Assembly: GCA_021157415.1 (NCBI GenBank)
Contig: JAGGWN010000109.1
Coordinates: 164 to 64,163, forward strand
Origin: Bacteroidales bacterium
GTDB lineage: Bacteria > Bacteroidota > Bacteroidia > Bacteroidales > VadinHA17
Length of the DNA stretch: 64,000 bases
Direction of reading: 5' to 3'
Part shown: positions 36,154-46,989 of the stretch, piece after piece
How the letters are laid out: the number at the start of each line of letters is the position of its first letter
Numbering within the stretch: position 1 is the stretch's first letter
Position numbers and translations under genes: made by a program
The notes under the pieces: model-generated
What the model was told of the DNA's origin: nothing
The model's input: only the letters and a program-made list of their open reading frames with translations
Databases searched by the model: none

Positions 36154-37572
36154 TCAGCTTATCTCATTAGCTGTCCGGGTTATTTCAGACCAGGCTTTAC
36201 GCACATGTTCTTCACGGGTATATGTCTGGCCGATCATGAAACGAATGGTGAATTTTCCGTGCAGACGCGTGTGGGTAAAATACACTTTTCCCGAGCGGTT
36301 CAGTTCGTCCAAAAGTTGCTGGTTTATTCGGTTCAGGGTTTCTTCATCCTTGCCGGAAGGATGATACCTGAAACAGACAGTATTGAGGGGGGCTGGTGCC
36401 AGGAGTTCAAAATCAGGGGCCTCCTCCACGTTTTGCTTAATCATTCGTGCCAGGCGTATGTGTTCACGGATGATTTCCTGCATTTTCCGTTTTCCGTAAT
36501 TTCGCAGAACGAACCATAGTTTCAGGGCCCGGAAACGGCGGCCGAGCTGTATACCCCAATCACGGTAGTCATTGACATGACCATGCGTTTTTGTCTTCAG
36601 ATATTCCGGGAGGATCTCAAAAGTGCGGATCAGAGCCTCTTTGTTTTTCACGAAGTAGGCAGAGCAATCAAAGTTGGTGAACAGCCATTTATGGGCATTA
36701 AAGACAAAAGTATCTACGTCTTCGATCCCTTCGATCATAAAGCGATATTCCGGCAGGATAAGGGCTGAGCCGGCCAGGGCGGCATCCACATGTACCCACA
36801 GGCCGTATTCTTTGGCTACACTGGTAATATCTTTCAGAGGGTCAATGGCCGTGGTACTGGTGGTTCCCAGGGTGGCTACCACTGCCAGGGGACGGAATCC
36901 CCGGTTGAGGTCGTTTAAAATAGCTTTCCTCAGAGATTCCGTATCCATACTAAAATCTCTCTTCACAGCACATTTCACCAGGTTTTCTTTTCCAAAGCCT
37001 GCGATTTTAACCGCTTTTTCTATGGAAGAATGAGTTTCTTCAGAAGCGTAAATCCTGAATTTTTCCTTGCCGGAGAACCCTTTTTCGTTAATGGCAAAGC
37101 GGGTATATTGTTCCCGTGCCGTCAGCAAGGAAGTGAGTGTAGCCGTAGATGCAGTATCCTGAATGACTCCATCGAAAGAGGAGGGGAGACCGGTGAGATG
37201 CCTAAGCCATTGCATCATTTTTTCTTCGAGTTCGGCAGCGGCCGGTGAAGTTTCCCATACCATACACTGCGCACCCAATGTGGCCGTGAGCATTTCTGCC
37301 AGTACAGACGGATAACTGCTGTTAGCAGGAAAATACGCAAAGAAATCCGGACTCTGCCAGTGGGTCATCCCAGGGATGATTTTCTCTTCGAAATCTTTCA
37401 GGATCTCTCCCATGGGCTCTCCTTGTTCAGGAGGAGTATCCGGAAAAAGAGATAATATCTCACCGGGTTTCACGCCGGATTTCACCGGGTATTTTTCAAT
37501 ATTTTCGTAGTAATCGGCCATCCAATCGACCACCTGATGGGCAAATTTTCTGAAATCTTTGATATCAAGCAT
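36154..37572 (-). CDS. Pyridoxal-phosphate-dependent aromatic-L-amino-acid (Tyr/Trp/DOPA) decarboxylase, group II
   Basis: 472 aa. HWQSPDFFAYFPAN, SPAAAELE, VVATLGTTSTTAIDP, HVDAALAG and FNAHKW (PLP-Lys) are the group II decarboxylase (DDC/TDC) signatures. Confidence 0.85.
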   Translation of the reverse strand: MLDIKDFRKFAHQVVDWMADYYENIEKYPVKSGVKPGEILSLFPDTPPEQGEPMGEILKDFEEKIIPGMTHWQSPDFFAYFPANSSYPSVLAEMLTATLGAQCMVWETSPAAAELEEKMMQWLRHLTGLPSSFDGVIQDTASTATLTSLLTAREQYTRFAINEKGFSGKEKFRIYASEETHSSIEKAVKIAGFGKENLVKCAVKRDFSMDTESLRKAILNDLNRGFRPLAVVATLGTTSTTAIDPLKDITSVAKEYGLWVHVDAALAGSALILPEYRFMIEGIEDVDTFVFNAHKWLFTNFDCSAYFVKNKEALIRTFEILPEYLKTKTHGHVNDYRDWGIQLGRRFRALKLWFVLRNYGKRKMQEIIREHIRLARMIKQNVEEAPDFELLAPAPLNTVCFRYHPSGKDEETLNRINQQLLDELNRSGKVYFTHTRLHGKFTIRFMIGQTYTREEHVRKAWSEITRTANEIS

Positions 37573-37644
37573 GATAAAACAGAGTTGAAGGCTTCATATC
37601 CCTGACTTTGTTCTCCCTCAGCGGAGAGAGCGAAACAAGGATTA

Positions 37645-38427
37645 TTATAGTTTTTTGATGTTTCGAAAGAACATCAGCAGGGAGAGCCAGTAGCCGTTGG
37701 ATGCCTGACTGGTTTCAGACAGAGCAATTACGCCGTGCTCTCCTTCTGCCTGGGAGGGTACAAAAATAGTTTTTTTGTCATCCGGAATATTTTCGGAAAT
37801 TTTGACCAGATAAGGGTATTCAAATTTAGCTCCGGCGACCAGTGTTAATTTGTCATATCCCTGTAAAAAGTCACGGACCGAGATTTGCGGTTTAAAGAAC
37901 TCTCCGGGACTGAATGCTACCACGGCTTTTACATCCGGATTGTTTTTGGCTGCAAGCAGACACAGGGAAGCGGAAAAAGAGCTCCCGAACAGGACGACCG
38001 GTCGGTGGCTTTTTTGAACGGCAAAACGGATTGCTCCTACAATATCCTTAAGACAGTCGCTTTTTTTGGGATAAAGATGAAGAGAATCGGCCCTCCTGGC
38101 GGTTTCATTGGACACATAATGACTTTCTTTACCCTGGCGCAAGTCGACAGCCAGACAGTTATATCCGATCCTGACCAAACGCGGGGCGATATTTCTGTAT
38201 TCTCCACGGCTGGCATCTTCATCATGAAAAAGCAGGATATAGGACTCATCTGCATTACCGGGGTAAAGATCAGCAGTAACCTGCAAAGAGTCGGTAGCAG
38301 GAAAGATAATCTTATCCTGAGCTTTGATTGGCAGAATGAGATTCCAAAATAACAAGAATGAGAGAATCAGGGTTTTAGGCAAATTCCCCGAGAATAATAA
38401 TGTGATTGTTCTTTGCTTCAATGACAC
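37645..38427 (-). CDS. Secreted alpha/beta-hydrolase (dienelactone-hydrolase-like)
   Basis: Signal peptide LILSFLLFWNLILPIKAQ and nucleophile elbow VVLFGSSFSAS. The start is uncertain. A GTG at 38427 gives a 53-nt overlap with atpC, and an in-frame TTG at 38380-38382 would give an 8-nt overlap. Confidence 0.6.
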   Translation of the reverse strand: MSLKQRTITLLFSGNLPKTLILSFLLFWNLILPIKAQDKIIFPATDSLQVTADLYPGNADESYILLFHDEDASRGEYRNIAPRLVRIGYNCLAVDLRQGKESHYVSNETARRADSLHLYPKKSDCLKDIVGAIRFAVQKSHRPVVLFGSSFSASLCLLAAKNNPDVKAVVAFSPGEFFKPQISVRDFLQGYDKLTLVAGAKFEYPYLVKISENIPDDKKTIFVPSQAEGEHGVIALSETSQASNGYWLSLLMFFRNIKKL

Positions 38428-38617
38428 CTCCGTTTAATTCTACTGTTTTTTCAACTCCATCCTTGGTGATATAACGTACCGAACCCTCCTGCAGCGAGGA
38501 AATGATTGGGGCATGGTTGCGCAGGATCTCAAAAGATCCTTTGGTCCCCGGCACCTGTACTAATCTGACCTCTCCGGCAAAGACCTTTTTTTCTGGTGTT
38601 ATGATTTCAAGATACAA
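38375..38617 (-). CDS. atpC: F1 ATP synthase epsilon subunit (short form, beta-sandwich only)
   Basis: 80 aa. LEIITPEKKVFAGEVRLVQVPGTKGSFEILRNHAPIIS matches the N-terminal domain of epsilon. The C-terminal helical hairpin is absent. The gene lies immediately downstream of atpD. Confidence 0.85.
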   Translation of the reverse strand: MYLEIITPEKKVFAGEVRLVQVPGTKGSFEILRNHAPIISSLQEGSVRYITKDGVEKTVELNGGVIEAKNNHIIILGEFA

Positions 38618-38634
38618 GGCAGTAGGGTTTTAGT

Positions 38635-40161
<1,527 letters not shown>

Positions 40162-40223
40162 TTATGTTACAAACTTAAAATTTAAATATTTCCTATGCTT
40201 AGATGGTTTAATGTAAAACTTTT

Positions 40224-41198
40224 CTATTTTGTCCTTGATATCAGATTGGTGATAAGTTCTTCCAACCACAGCCTTCTTTCTGAGCTGACTTCTGTTTTTG
40301 CCAGCTCGTTCATTCCTTTCCGAAAATAGTCAGCTATGATATTTTTGGTTATTTCCTGAATATTTACAGAATCGTAAAAATTCTTGATTGTGGAAATGTA
40401 CTCCCGGTCATCTGATAAGGGCGAGTTTAGTATCTCCACCATTTCTTTTTTTCTGTCTTCGGGCAGGTGTCCAAGCGTATAGACCAGTAAAAAAGTTTTT
40501 TTATTACAGAGAATATCCCCGCCAATTGTTTTCCCAAAAGTTTCAGTATCTCCGTAACTATCGAGAAAATCATCCTGGATTTGAAAGGCCAGACCCAGAT
40601 ATCTTCCGCTCTTATAAAGATGGTTGATTTGTTTTTCAGTTGCTCCGGCAATAATTCCCCCGATTTTCATTGCTCCGGCCAGAAGAACTGCTGTTTTCAT
40701 CTCAATCATAGTCAGATAGTCCTCTACTGTAATTTCCAGGATGTTTTCATAATTCATATCCAGTTGCTGGCCTTCACATACCTTAAGGGCCGTATCATTG
40801 AAAATTTCCAGCAGCCGGTACAGTCTGTCCCGGGGTGCTTTCAGCAAATACCTGTATGCATAGATCGAAAGAGCATCTCCCGACAGGATTCCGATATTTA
40901 CGTTCCACCGGGTATGTACGGTGGAATGATTTCTGCGCAAGGCAGCCTTATCCATGATATCGTCATGGATCAGTGTGAAGTTATGAAACAGCTCAATGCT
41001 AATAGCAGGAGCCAGGGCATCCTCAATATTATCTTTGAACAGATTTGCTGTCATAAGGGTCAGTACCGGACGAATCCGTTTGCCTCCCAGGTTGAGTATG
41101 TAACGGATAGGTTCGTATAATTCAACAGGAGTCTCCGGGATATCCAGTTCCTGAATAATCTTATTCACTCTTTCGGATAACTCGTTAAATGTATACAT
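40224..41198 (-). CDS. Polyprenyl diphosphate synthase (trans-isoprenyl diphosphate synthase family)
   Basis: First Asp-rich motif LIHDDIMD, second FQIQDDFLD, and GKRIRP near the N-terminus. Confidence 0.9.
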   Translation of the reverse strand: MYTFNELSERVNKIIQELDIPETPVELYEPIRYILNLGGKRIRPVLTLMTANLFKDNIEDALAPAISIELFHNFTLIHDDIMDKAALRRNHSTVHTRWNVNIGILSGDALSIYAYRYLLKAPRDRLYRLLEIFNDTALKVCEGQQLDMNYENILEITVEDYLTMIEMKTAVLLAGAMKIGGIIAGATEKQINHLYKSGRYLGLAFQIQDDFLDSYGDTETFGKTIGGDILCNKKTFLLVYTLGHLPEDRKKEMVEILNSPLSDDREYISTIKNFYDSVNIQEITKNIIADYFRKGMNELAKTEVSSERRLWLEELITNLISRTK

Positions 41199-41224
41199 GG
41201 TACCTCAACAGACTAATTTTTTAA

Positions 41225-42109
41225 TTATTGTTTTAGTGCTTCGGCTCCTCCTACAATATCCAGGATCTCTTTGGTGATGGCCGCCTGGCGTGCCTTGTTA
41301 TAATGCAGGGTAAGTTCTTTGATCAGTTCATTGGCATTATCGGTAGCCTGGTGCATGGCTGTCATCCTGGCTCCGTGTTCTGCAGAAAAGGAATCCAGCA
41401 AAACTTTATAAAACTGTATCCTCAGGGTTTTTGGAATCAGGTCATTTATCAGTTCGTCCCGGGTGGGTTCAAAAATATAATCCACTTTTATACCGGATTC
41501 TTCTCTTTTTTCCTTCTTTCCAACAACGGGCAGGAAAGTTTCGTGGGTAAGTAGATGTACGGCGGCATTCTTAAACTGGTTGTATATAAAGTCGATCCGG
41601 TCATATTTTCCTGAAAGGAACAGATCGGTAAAATGGGTTTCCAATTCAACGACTCCTGTAAAATCAAGTTTATCAAAAATTTCGGTATTGAACCCTTCCA
41701 TCGGATATTTTTTTGATTTCAGAAAATCAGCTCCCTTTTTTCCGATGGCAAAGAATGAGAGTTGTTTTTGCTTCCATTGTGTGGCATATTCGGTAGTAGC
41801 CACCTCGAGGGCTTCAGCGATGGCATTGTTGTTAAAAGCACCACAAAGGCCCCTGTTTGAAGTTACCAGGATGAGAAGTACTTTTTCGGGGGGACGATCC
41901 TGCATCAAGGGATTCTCCACATCATTTTCCAGACCCTGGCGGATGCTGGCCATAATGTGTTCGAGTTTGTTGGCATAGGGCCGGAGCATAAGAATTTTCT
42001 CCTGATTTTTTCTCAGTTTGGCTGCGGCCACCATTTTCATAGCCTGAGTGATCTGCCTCGTTGACTTGACACTGGTGATTCTGGTTCTTATTTCTTTTAA
42101 TCCTGCCAT
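41225..42109 (-). CDS. atpG: F1 ATP synthase gamma subunit
   Basis: The N-terminus MAGLKEIRTRITSVKSTRQITQAMKMVAAAKLRK and the C-terminus ITKEILDIVGGAEAL are canonical gamma. Confidence 0.92.
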   Translation of the reverse strand: MAGLKEIRTRITSVKSTRQITQAMKMVAAAKLRKNQEKILMLRPYANKLEHIMASIRQGLENDVENPLMQDRPPEKVLLILVTSNRGLCGAFNNNAIAEALEVATTEYATQWKQKQLSFFAIGKKGADFLKSKKYPMEGFNTEIFDKLDFTGVVELETHFTDLFLSGKYDRIDFIYNQFKNAAVHLLTHETFLPVVGKKEKREESGIKVDYIFEPTRDELINDLIPKTLRIQFYKVLLDSFSAEHGARMTAMHQATDNANELIKELTLHYNKARQAAITKEILDIVGGAEALKQ

Positions 42110-42128
42110 AAAATAGTGAAAAATGAAA

Positions 42129-43712
42129 TTACTCTTCTTTATATTTAGATGTCAGGTCGGAAATGATCTTCTCGAGTTTTTTGGCTACATCCTCCGGAAA
42201 CTCTCCTTTTTTGATGGTTTTCAGGATGTCCTTATGTTTGATTTCCAACAGTTCCAGGAATTCTCCCTCAAAATCCTTCACCTTGCTGATAGGCACATCC
42301 CGTAATAATCCTTTTGTTCCGGCAAAAATGATAGCGACCTGTTTTTCCACGGGTACCGGAGAGTACTGATTTTGTTTTAGAATTTCAACATTTTTAGCTC
42401 CTTTGTCAAGGATTGTTCGGGTAGAGGCATCCAGATCGGAACCGAATTTAGAAAAAGCTTCCAGTTCCCGGTATTGGGCCTGATCGAGTTTCAGAGTGCC
42501 TGCCACATTTTTCATGGATTTAATCTGAGCGGCCCCTCCTACACGGCTGACGGAGATTCCCACATTGATGGCCGGACGTACCCCGGCATTGAAAAGATCG
42601 GATTCCAGGAATATCTGACCGTCTGTGATAGAGATTACATTGGTCGGGATATAGGCGGAAACGTCGCCGGCCTGGGTTTCAATGATCGGTAAAGCAGTGA
42701 GCGATCCGCCACCTTTCACCATCTTCTTAATAGATGGCGGCAGATCATTCATTTGGGCGGCTATTTCATCCGATTCGATAATTTTGGCAGCGCGTTCCAG
42801 AAGACGGGAATGCAGGTAGAACACATCGCCGGGATAAGCTTCACGTCCCGGAGGGCGACGCAGCAACAGGGATACTTCACGGTAGGAGACTGCTTGTTTG
42901 GAAAGATCGTCATAGATGATCAGTGCTGCTTCACCGGTATCGCGAAAGAATTCACCAATGGAAGCACCGGCAAAAGGAGCATAAAACTGCAGGGCTGCCG
43001 GGTCGGAGGCGGTAGCTGCGACGATTACGGTATAATCCATGGCCCCATAATCTTCCAGGGTCTTGGCAATATTGGCTACGGTTGAACCTTTTTGGCCGAT
43101 GGCTACATAAATACAATACAGTGGTTTTCCGTCCAGGAAGTTTTGTCGTTGGTTGATGATCGTATCAATGGCGATGGCAGTCTTCCCGGTTTGCCGGTCG
43201 CCAATGATCAGTTCACGCTGTCCCCGTCCTATGGGGATCATGGCATCAATGGCTTTGATACCTGTCTGTACAGGCTCATTCACCGGTTGCCGGAAGATCA
43301 CGCCGGGAGCTTTTCTCTCGAAAGGCATTTCGTACAGGTCTCCTGTGATGGGGCCTTTGCCGTCCAAAGGCTGTCCCAGCGGGTTGATTACCCTACCCAG
43401 CAGAGACTTCCCTACCATGATGGAGGAGATGCGGTGAAGTCTTTTGACTGTGTCTCCTTCCCTGATGCCTTCGGAAGGTCCCAGGAGTACGGCTCCCACA
43501 TTGTCTTCCTCAAGGTTCATAACAATTCCCTGTATCCCGTTTCCAAATTCAATAAGTTCGTTGGCCTGTACATTTGAAAGTCCGTAAATACGGGCGATGC
43601 CGTCTCCTACCTGCAGAACGGTTCCCACTTCTTCCATGGAAATCTGTGAGGTGATCCCTTCGATCTGTTGTTTTAATATTTCTGATACTTCACTGGGTTT
43701 GATTGTAGCCAT
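42129..43712 (-). CDS. atpA: F1 ATP synthase alpha subunit
   Basis: Walker [16 protein letters not shown], plus [19 protein letters not shown] and [10 protein letters not shown]. Confidence 0.97.
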   Translation of the reverse strand: MATIKPSEVSEILKQQIEGITSQISMEEVGTVLQVGDGIARIYGLSNVQANELIEFGNGIQGIVMNLEEDNVGAVLLGPSEGIREGDTVKRLHRISSIMVGKSLLGRVINPLGQPLDGKGPITGDLYEMPFERKAPGVIFRQPVNEPVQTGIKAIDAMIPIGRGQRELIIGDRQTGKTAIAIDTIINQRQNFLDGKPLYCIYVAIGQKGSTVANIAKTLEDYGAMDYTVIVAATASDPAALQFYAPFAGASIGEFFRDTGEAALIIYDDLSKQAVSYREVSLLLRRPPGREAYPGDVFYLHSRLLERAAKIIESDEIAAQMNDLPPSIKKMVKGGGSLTALPIIETQAGDVSAYIPTNVISITDGQIFLESDLFNAGVRPAINVGISVSRVGGAAQIKSMKNVAGTLKLDQAQYRELEAFSKFGSDLDASTRTILDKGAKNVEILKQNQYSPVPVEKQVAIIFAGTKGLLRDVPISKVKDFEGEFLELLEIKHKDILKTIKKGEFPEDVAKKLEKIISDLTSKYKEE

Positions 43713-43727
43713 AATGGAATCTCTTTT

Positions 43728-44270
43728 CTATTTTGTTCTGGTAAGTTCTTTCTTCATGTTTTGTAAAGCCGAGTGGACACTTGCGTCAAACCGGATATCT
43801 TCAATGTTCAGGATGAAGCCTCCGATAATTTCCGGATCGGTTAGGGTGGTGAGTTGGATATCGGACTTAAGTCTTTCACTCAGCCGTTTTTGAATTTCCC
43901 CAACAATAGTTTTATCAATTGTCTTGGTGGTTGTCAATTGGACATAGGTAATTCCCTGCAGTTTTTTATATTGATCAATAAAATCGCGTGCAATGTCAGG
44001 AAGGAAGATTTCTCGGTTGTTTAGCAGGATAAGATTGAGAAATTGTGTTGTAAGAGGCTGTATAAAAGGATAAAATGAGTGTTTCAGCACATTTATCTTC
44101 TCCGCTTCGGTGATGACAGGGCTATCCAGAACATCCCTGAATTCCGGATTGTCCTGTATGGCAGACTGAATCAGGTTGATATCCCGGAAAGCTTCGTTCA
44201 GCATCCCTACATCACGGGCGGCCAAATAAAAGGCTTTGGCATATCTAACGGCTATTTGGCTGACATTCAT
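43728..44270 (-). CDS. atpH: F1 ATP synthase delta (OSCP) subunit
   Basis: 180 aa. The N-terminus VRYAKAFYLAA and the C-terminus GGFILNIEDIRFDASVHSAL fit the OSCP pattern. It sits between atpF and atpA. Confidence 0.85.
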   Translation of the reverse strand: MNVSQIAVRYAKAFYLAARDVGMLNEAFRDINLIQSAIQDNPEFRDVLDSPVITEAEKINVLKHSFYPFIQPLTTQFLNLILLNNREIFLPDIARDFIDQYKKLQGITYVQLTTTKTIDKTIVGEIQKRLSERLKSDIQLTTLTDPEIIGGFILNIEDIRFDASVHSALQNMKKELTRTK

Positions 44271-44289
44271 TGATTATTGTGTGAAAGAG

Positions 44290-44784
44290 TTAATTTAACC
44301 GGATATCTTCCAGATATTTTTCGATCAGTTTCTTTTGCTCGGTATCCGCAGATAGTTTTTCGCGAAGGATTTTTTCGGCAATATCCACCGACAGTTCAGC
44401 CACTTGTTTTTTTATTTCGTCCAGAGCCGTGGCTTTTTCCTGGCGGATATTCAGCCGGGCCACTTCTATGATCTTATTGGCTTCCTGGGAGGCTTCTTGT
44501 TTTGCTTTATCCACAATCTGGATTTTTATCTCCCTGGCTTCCTTCAGGATTTTCTCCTTTTCAATGCGAGCTTCCCGGATGATTGCTTCGTTATCAGTTT
44601 TCAACTTTTCCATTTCAGCCCTGGCTTTTTCTGCAGTGCTTAATGCTTCTGAGATAGATTCCTCCCTTTCCCTGAGGGAGTTGAGAATCGGTTTCCAGGC
44701 AAATTTTTTCAGAATGATTAACAGCAAAGTAAAGGAAACCAGCATCCAGAATAATAAGCCTACATCAGGGGTTACAAGTTCCAT
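44290..44784 (-). CDS. atpF: Fo ATP synthase b subunit
   Basis: Single N-terminal TM segment (LLFWMLVSFTLLLIILKKFAWKPI), then a long charged helix. Confidence 0.85.
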   Translation of the reverse strand: MELVTPDVGLLFWMLVSFTLLLIILKKFAWKPILNSLREREESISEALSTAEKARAEMEKLKTDNEAIIREARIEKEKILKEAREIKIQIVDKAKQEASQEANKIIEVARLNIRQEKATALDEIKKQVAELSVDIAEKILREKLSADTEQKKLIEKYLEDIRLN

Positions 44785-44836
44785 GATATTTTGTTTTTAA
44801 TAAGACATTGTTTCAAAAGAAGAAAGAAGCAAAGCA

Positions 44837-44855
44837 GTTCAGCCAATCGCTGAAC
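44837..44855 (-). promoter_or_regulatory. Intra-operon hairpin between atpE and atpF
   Basis: GTTCAGC-caatc-GCTGAAC, a 7-bp stem with a 5-nt loop. On the transcribed strand it is followed by a U-rich tract (UGCUUUGCUUCUUUCUUCUUUUG). Confidence 0.35.
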
Positions 44856-44872
44856 CACTTTGCAAGGTTTCA

Positions 44873-45145
<273 letters not shown>

Positions 45146-45158
45146 TTAATATATAGAA

Positions 45159-46301
45159 CTAATGGTGAGGTTTTTCCATTGCCAGACCAACATATAAGGC
45201 AGATAATAAAGTAAATACGTATGCCTGGATAAAGGCAACCAAAATTTCGAGTAAGGTCAGGAAAACCGTAAAAGGAACCGAAACAAACGATATTCCATAA
45301 CCACCCAGTAAACTCATTTCCCCGAAAATAAATATCAGAGCAAAAAATCCCAGGGCCACTATATGTCCGGCAATTATATTGGCAAAAAGCCGGATTACCA
45401 GGACAATATGTTTGATGAAAAGACTCAGGAATTCAATCAGGGGTAACAAAGGAATCGGAAACTTCAGCCACCAGGGGACGCCGGGGGTGTTAAAAATATC
45501 TATCCAGAAATATTTTGTAGAACTTAAAATAACAAGTGCAAAAGTAAACAAGGCCATGACAGTGGGGATCGCAACATTTCCCATCACATTGGCCCCTCCC
45601 GGAGGGATGGGGATCAGCCCAAAGATATTGTTGAAAAAAATGAAGAAAAACAATGTCAGGAGATAGGGCATGTATCGTTCATATTTTTCGCCGATAGAAG
45701 GCCTTGCCACTTCGTCCCGGATAAAGAGGATCAAAGGTTCCATAAGATTTTGCATACCATGAGGAGCCTCATTTCTATGCTGTTTGTAAGCATTTGCAAT
45801 AGAGACAAAGAGCCAGATCATAAACAACATGGTGAAAAGAAAGGCTACGGTGACTTTCGTTATCGAAAGGTCAAGAGGCTTGACAATAGAACCGTCCGGC
45901 AGTTCCTCAACGATTTTTCCGTGATATTTTTCTTCTGTAGAGATTTTGAACCCCTTGTAATTGCTTTCTCCGTGATGGAGTTTAGAGCTGAAAAATATAT
46001 GCAGGCCTTTGTCTTTACTATATAAAATGACCGGTAAGGGGATACTGCAATGATAATCCTTGTAAGTAAAAAGATGCCATTCATAGGAATCCATGATGTG
46101 ATCCATGATCATTTCTCTGGCATCAAAGGATCGGGGCGTTTGTTCCTGTGCAGAGGCAGACTCCTTTTTTTCTTTGCTTTCCGTATTATGTGACAGCATC
46201 GCTGACGATAAAACAATTATCGTCAATGTTGCAAGAAAAAAAACAGAGGTTATTTTTAAGCGTTGTTTCACCACAGAAGCTTTTACAGAGTAGTGGAGCA
46301 A
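45159..46301 (-). CDS. atpB: Fo ATP synthase a subunit (with N-terminal extension)
   Basis: The C-terminal half has the a-subunit signature LVIRLFANIIAGH (essential Arg) and five TM helices. The track ORF begins at a TTG (46299-46301), so the true start is uncertain. Confidence 0.85.
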   Translation of the reverse strand: MLHYSVKASVVKQRLKITSVFFLATLTIIVLSSAMLSHNTESKEKKESASAQEQTPRSFDAREMIMDHIMDSYEWHLFTYKDYHCSIPLPVILYSKDKGLHIFFSSKLHHGESNYKGFKISTEEKYHGKIVEELPDGSIVKPLDLSITKVTVAFLFTMLFMIWLFVSIANAYKQHRNEAPHGMQNLMEPLILFIRDEVARPSIGEKYERYMPYLLTLFFFIFFNNIFGLIPIPPGGANVMGNVAIPTVMALFTFALVILSSTKYFWIDIFNTPGVPWWLKFPIPLLPLIEFLSLFIKHIVLVIRLFANIIAGHIVALGFFALIFIFGEMSLLGGYGISFVSVPFTVFLTLLEILVAFIQAYVFTLLSALYVGLAMEKPHH

Positions 46302-46342
46302 AAATAAAAAAAAAACAGTATTAACTACCTGATATGAATTTC

Positions 46343-46720
46343 TTATTTATTTTTTTTTGCAGAAAGTATTGAAGAATATGTTACCAGTGAATATCCGGTA
46401 TACAGAACCAATACATAAACAAGGAAAAGGGCATTGTTTGTTTTGACCAGGATCAGATAAAGCAGTATAAAAACAAAAAGAAGAAAAAACTTGATGCCGG
46501 TGAGTAAAATGAAACGGTTGATAAAACGGGCTGTTTTATCATTTTTTTTACGAAGAAGCAAGAAGGCAAACCCGAGATATAAAAAAAGGAAAAAACCAAT
46601 CAAAGCAGGAATTACGGAAAGATAAAGCTTTGAAAAACACTGATGGAGGATCACTGCCGCAACAATAAAAAAGAATGTGGTAATGGAGATGTGTATCAAA
46701 GGTCTTCTATACAGGGACAT
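46343..46720 (-). CDS. Small 4-TM membrane protein in the AtpI position of the atp operon
   Basis: 125 aa with four hydrophobic segments, directly between the AtpZ-like gene and atpB. I recognise no motif. Confidence 0.5.
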   Translation of the reverse strand: MSLYRRPLIHISITTFFFIVAAVILHQCFSKLYLSVIPALIGFFLFLYLGFAFLLLRKKNDKTARFINRFILLTGIKFFLLFVFILLYLILVKTNNALFLVYVLVLYTGYSLVTYSSILSAKKNK

Positions 46721-46725
46721 AGGTC

Positions 46726-46989
46726 TTATTTTAGAAAATCTTTTATGGCTACATAAATTGCCAGGGAAACTGAGACAATGGACAACAGCAAGGTAAAGAA
46801 AGGAAAAGAAAGGTTCAGCTTTTGGTCCAGTTTTAATCCTCCGAAAACACCGAGAAAAATGATCACTCCCATTTCGAGTGCCATGCTGGAGTATTTAACA
46901 TAGTTATCAAGCTGTTTTTTTGTCTTCCGCAGCGGCAGTTTTTGATTTGTTTTTTTCTTCCTGGTGGAAGATTTTTGAGCTTCTGTCAT
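46726..46989 (-). CDS. AtpZ/AtpI-family small membrane protein
   Basis: KKQLDNYVKYSSMALEMGVIIFLGVFGGLKLDQKL resembles the ATPase_gene1 (AtpZ) family core. It has two TM segments. If the ATG at 46989 is used, it overlaps the bactofilin 3' end by 83 nt. Confidence 0.7.
   Translation of the reverse strand: MTEAQKSSTRKKKTNQKLPLRKTKKQLDNYVKYSSMALEMGVIIFLGVFGGLKLDQKLNLSFPFFTLLLSIVSVSLAIYVAIKDFLK

Noticed and set aside
37573-37644. Terminator between the hydrolase gene and the decarboxylase gene
   Set aside because: Only an imperfect, bulged pairing (CTTGTTTCGCTCTCTCC / GGAGAACAAAG) with no U-tract. This is not convincing enough to call.
46306-46315. A10 homopolymer (and similar A/T runs near 10630 and 63735) as slipped-strand phase-variation switches
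   Set aside because: They lie in intergenic spacers of housekeeping operons (here just upstream of atpB), not in coding 5' ends or between -33/-7 promoter elements of surface genes. Nothing suggests variability.
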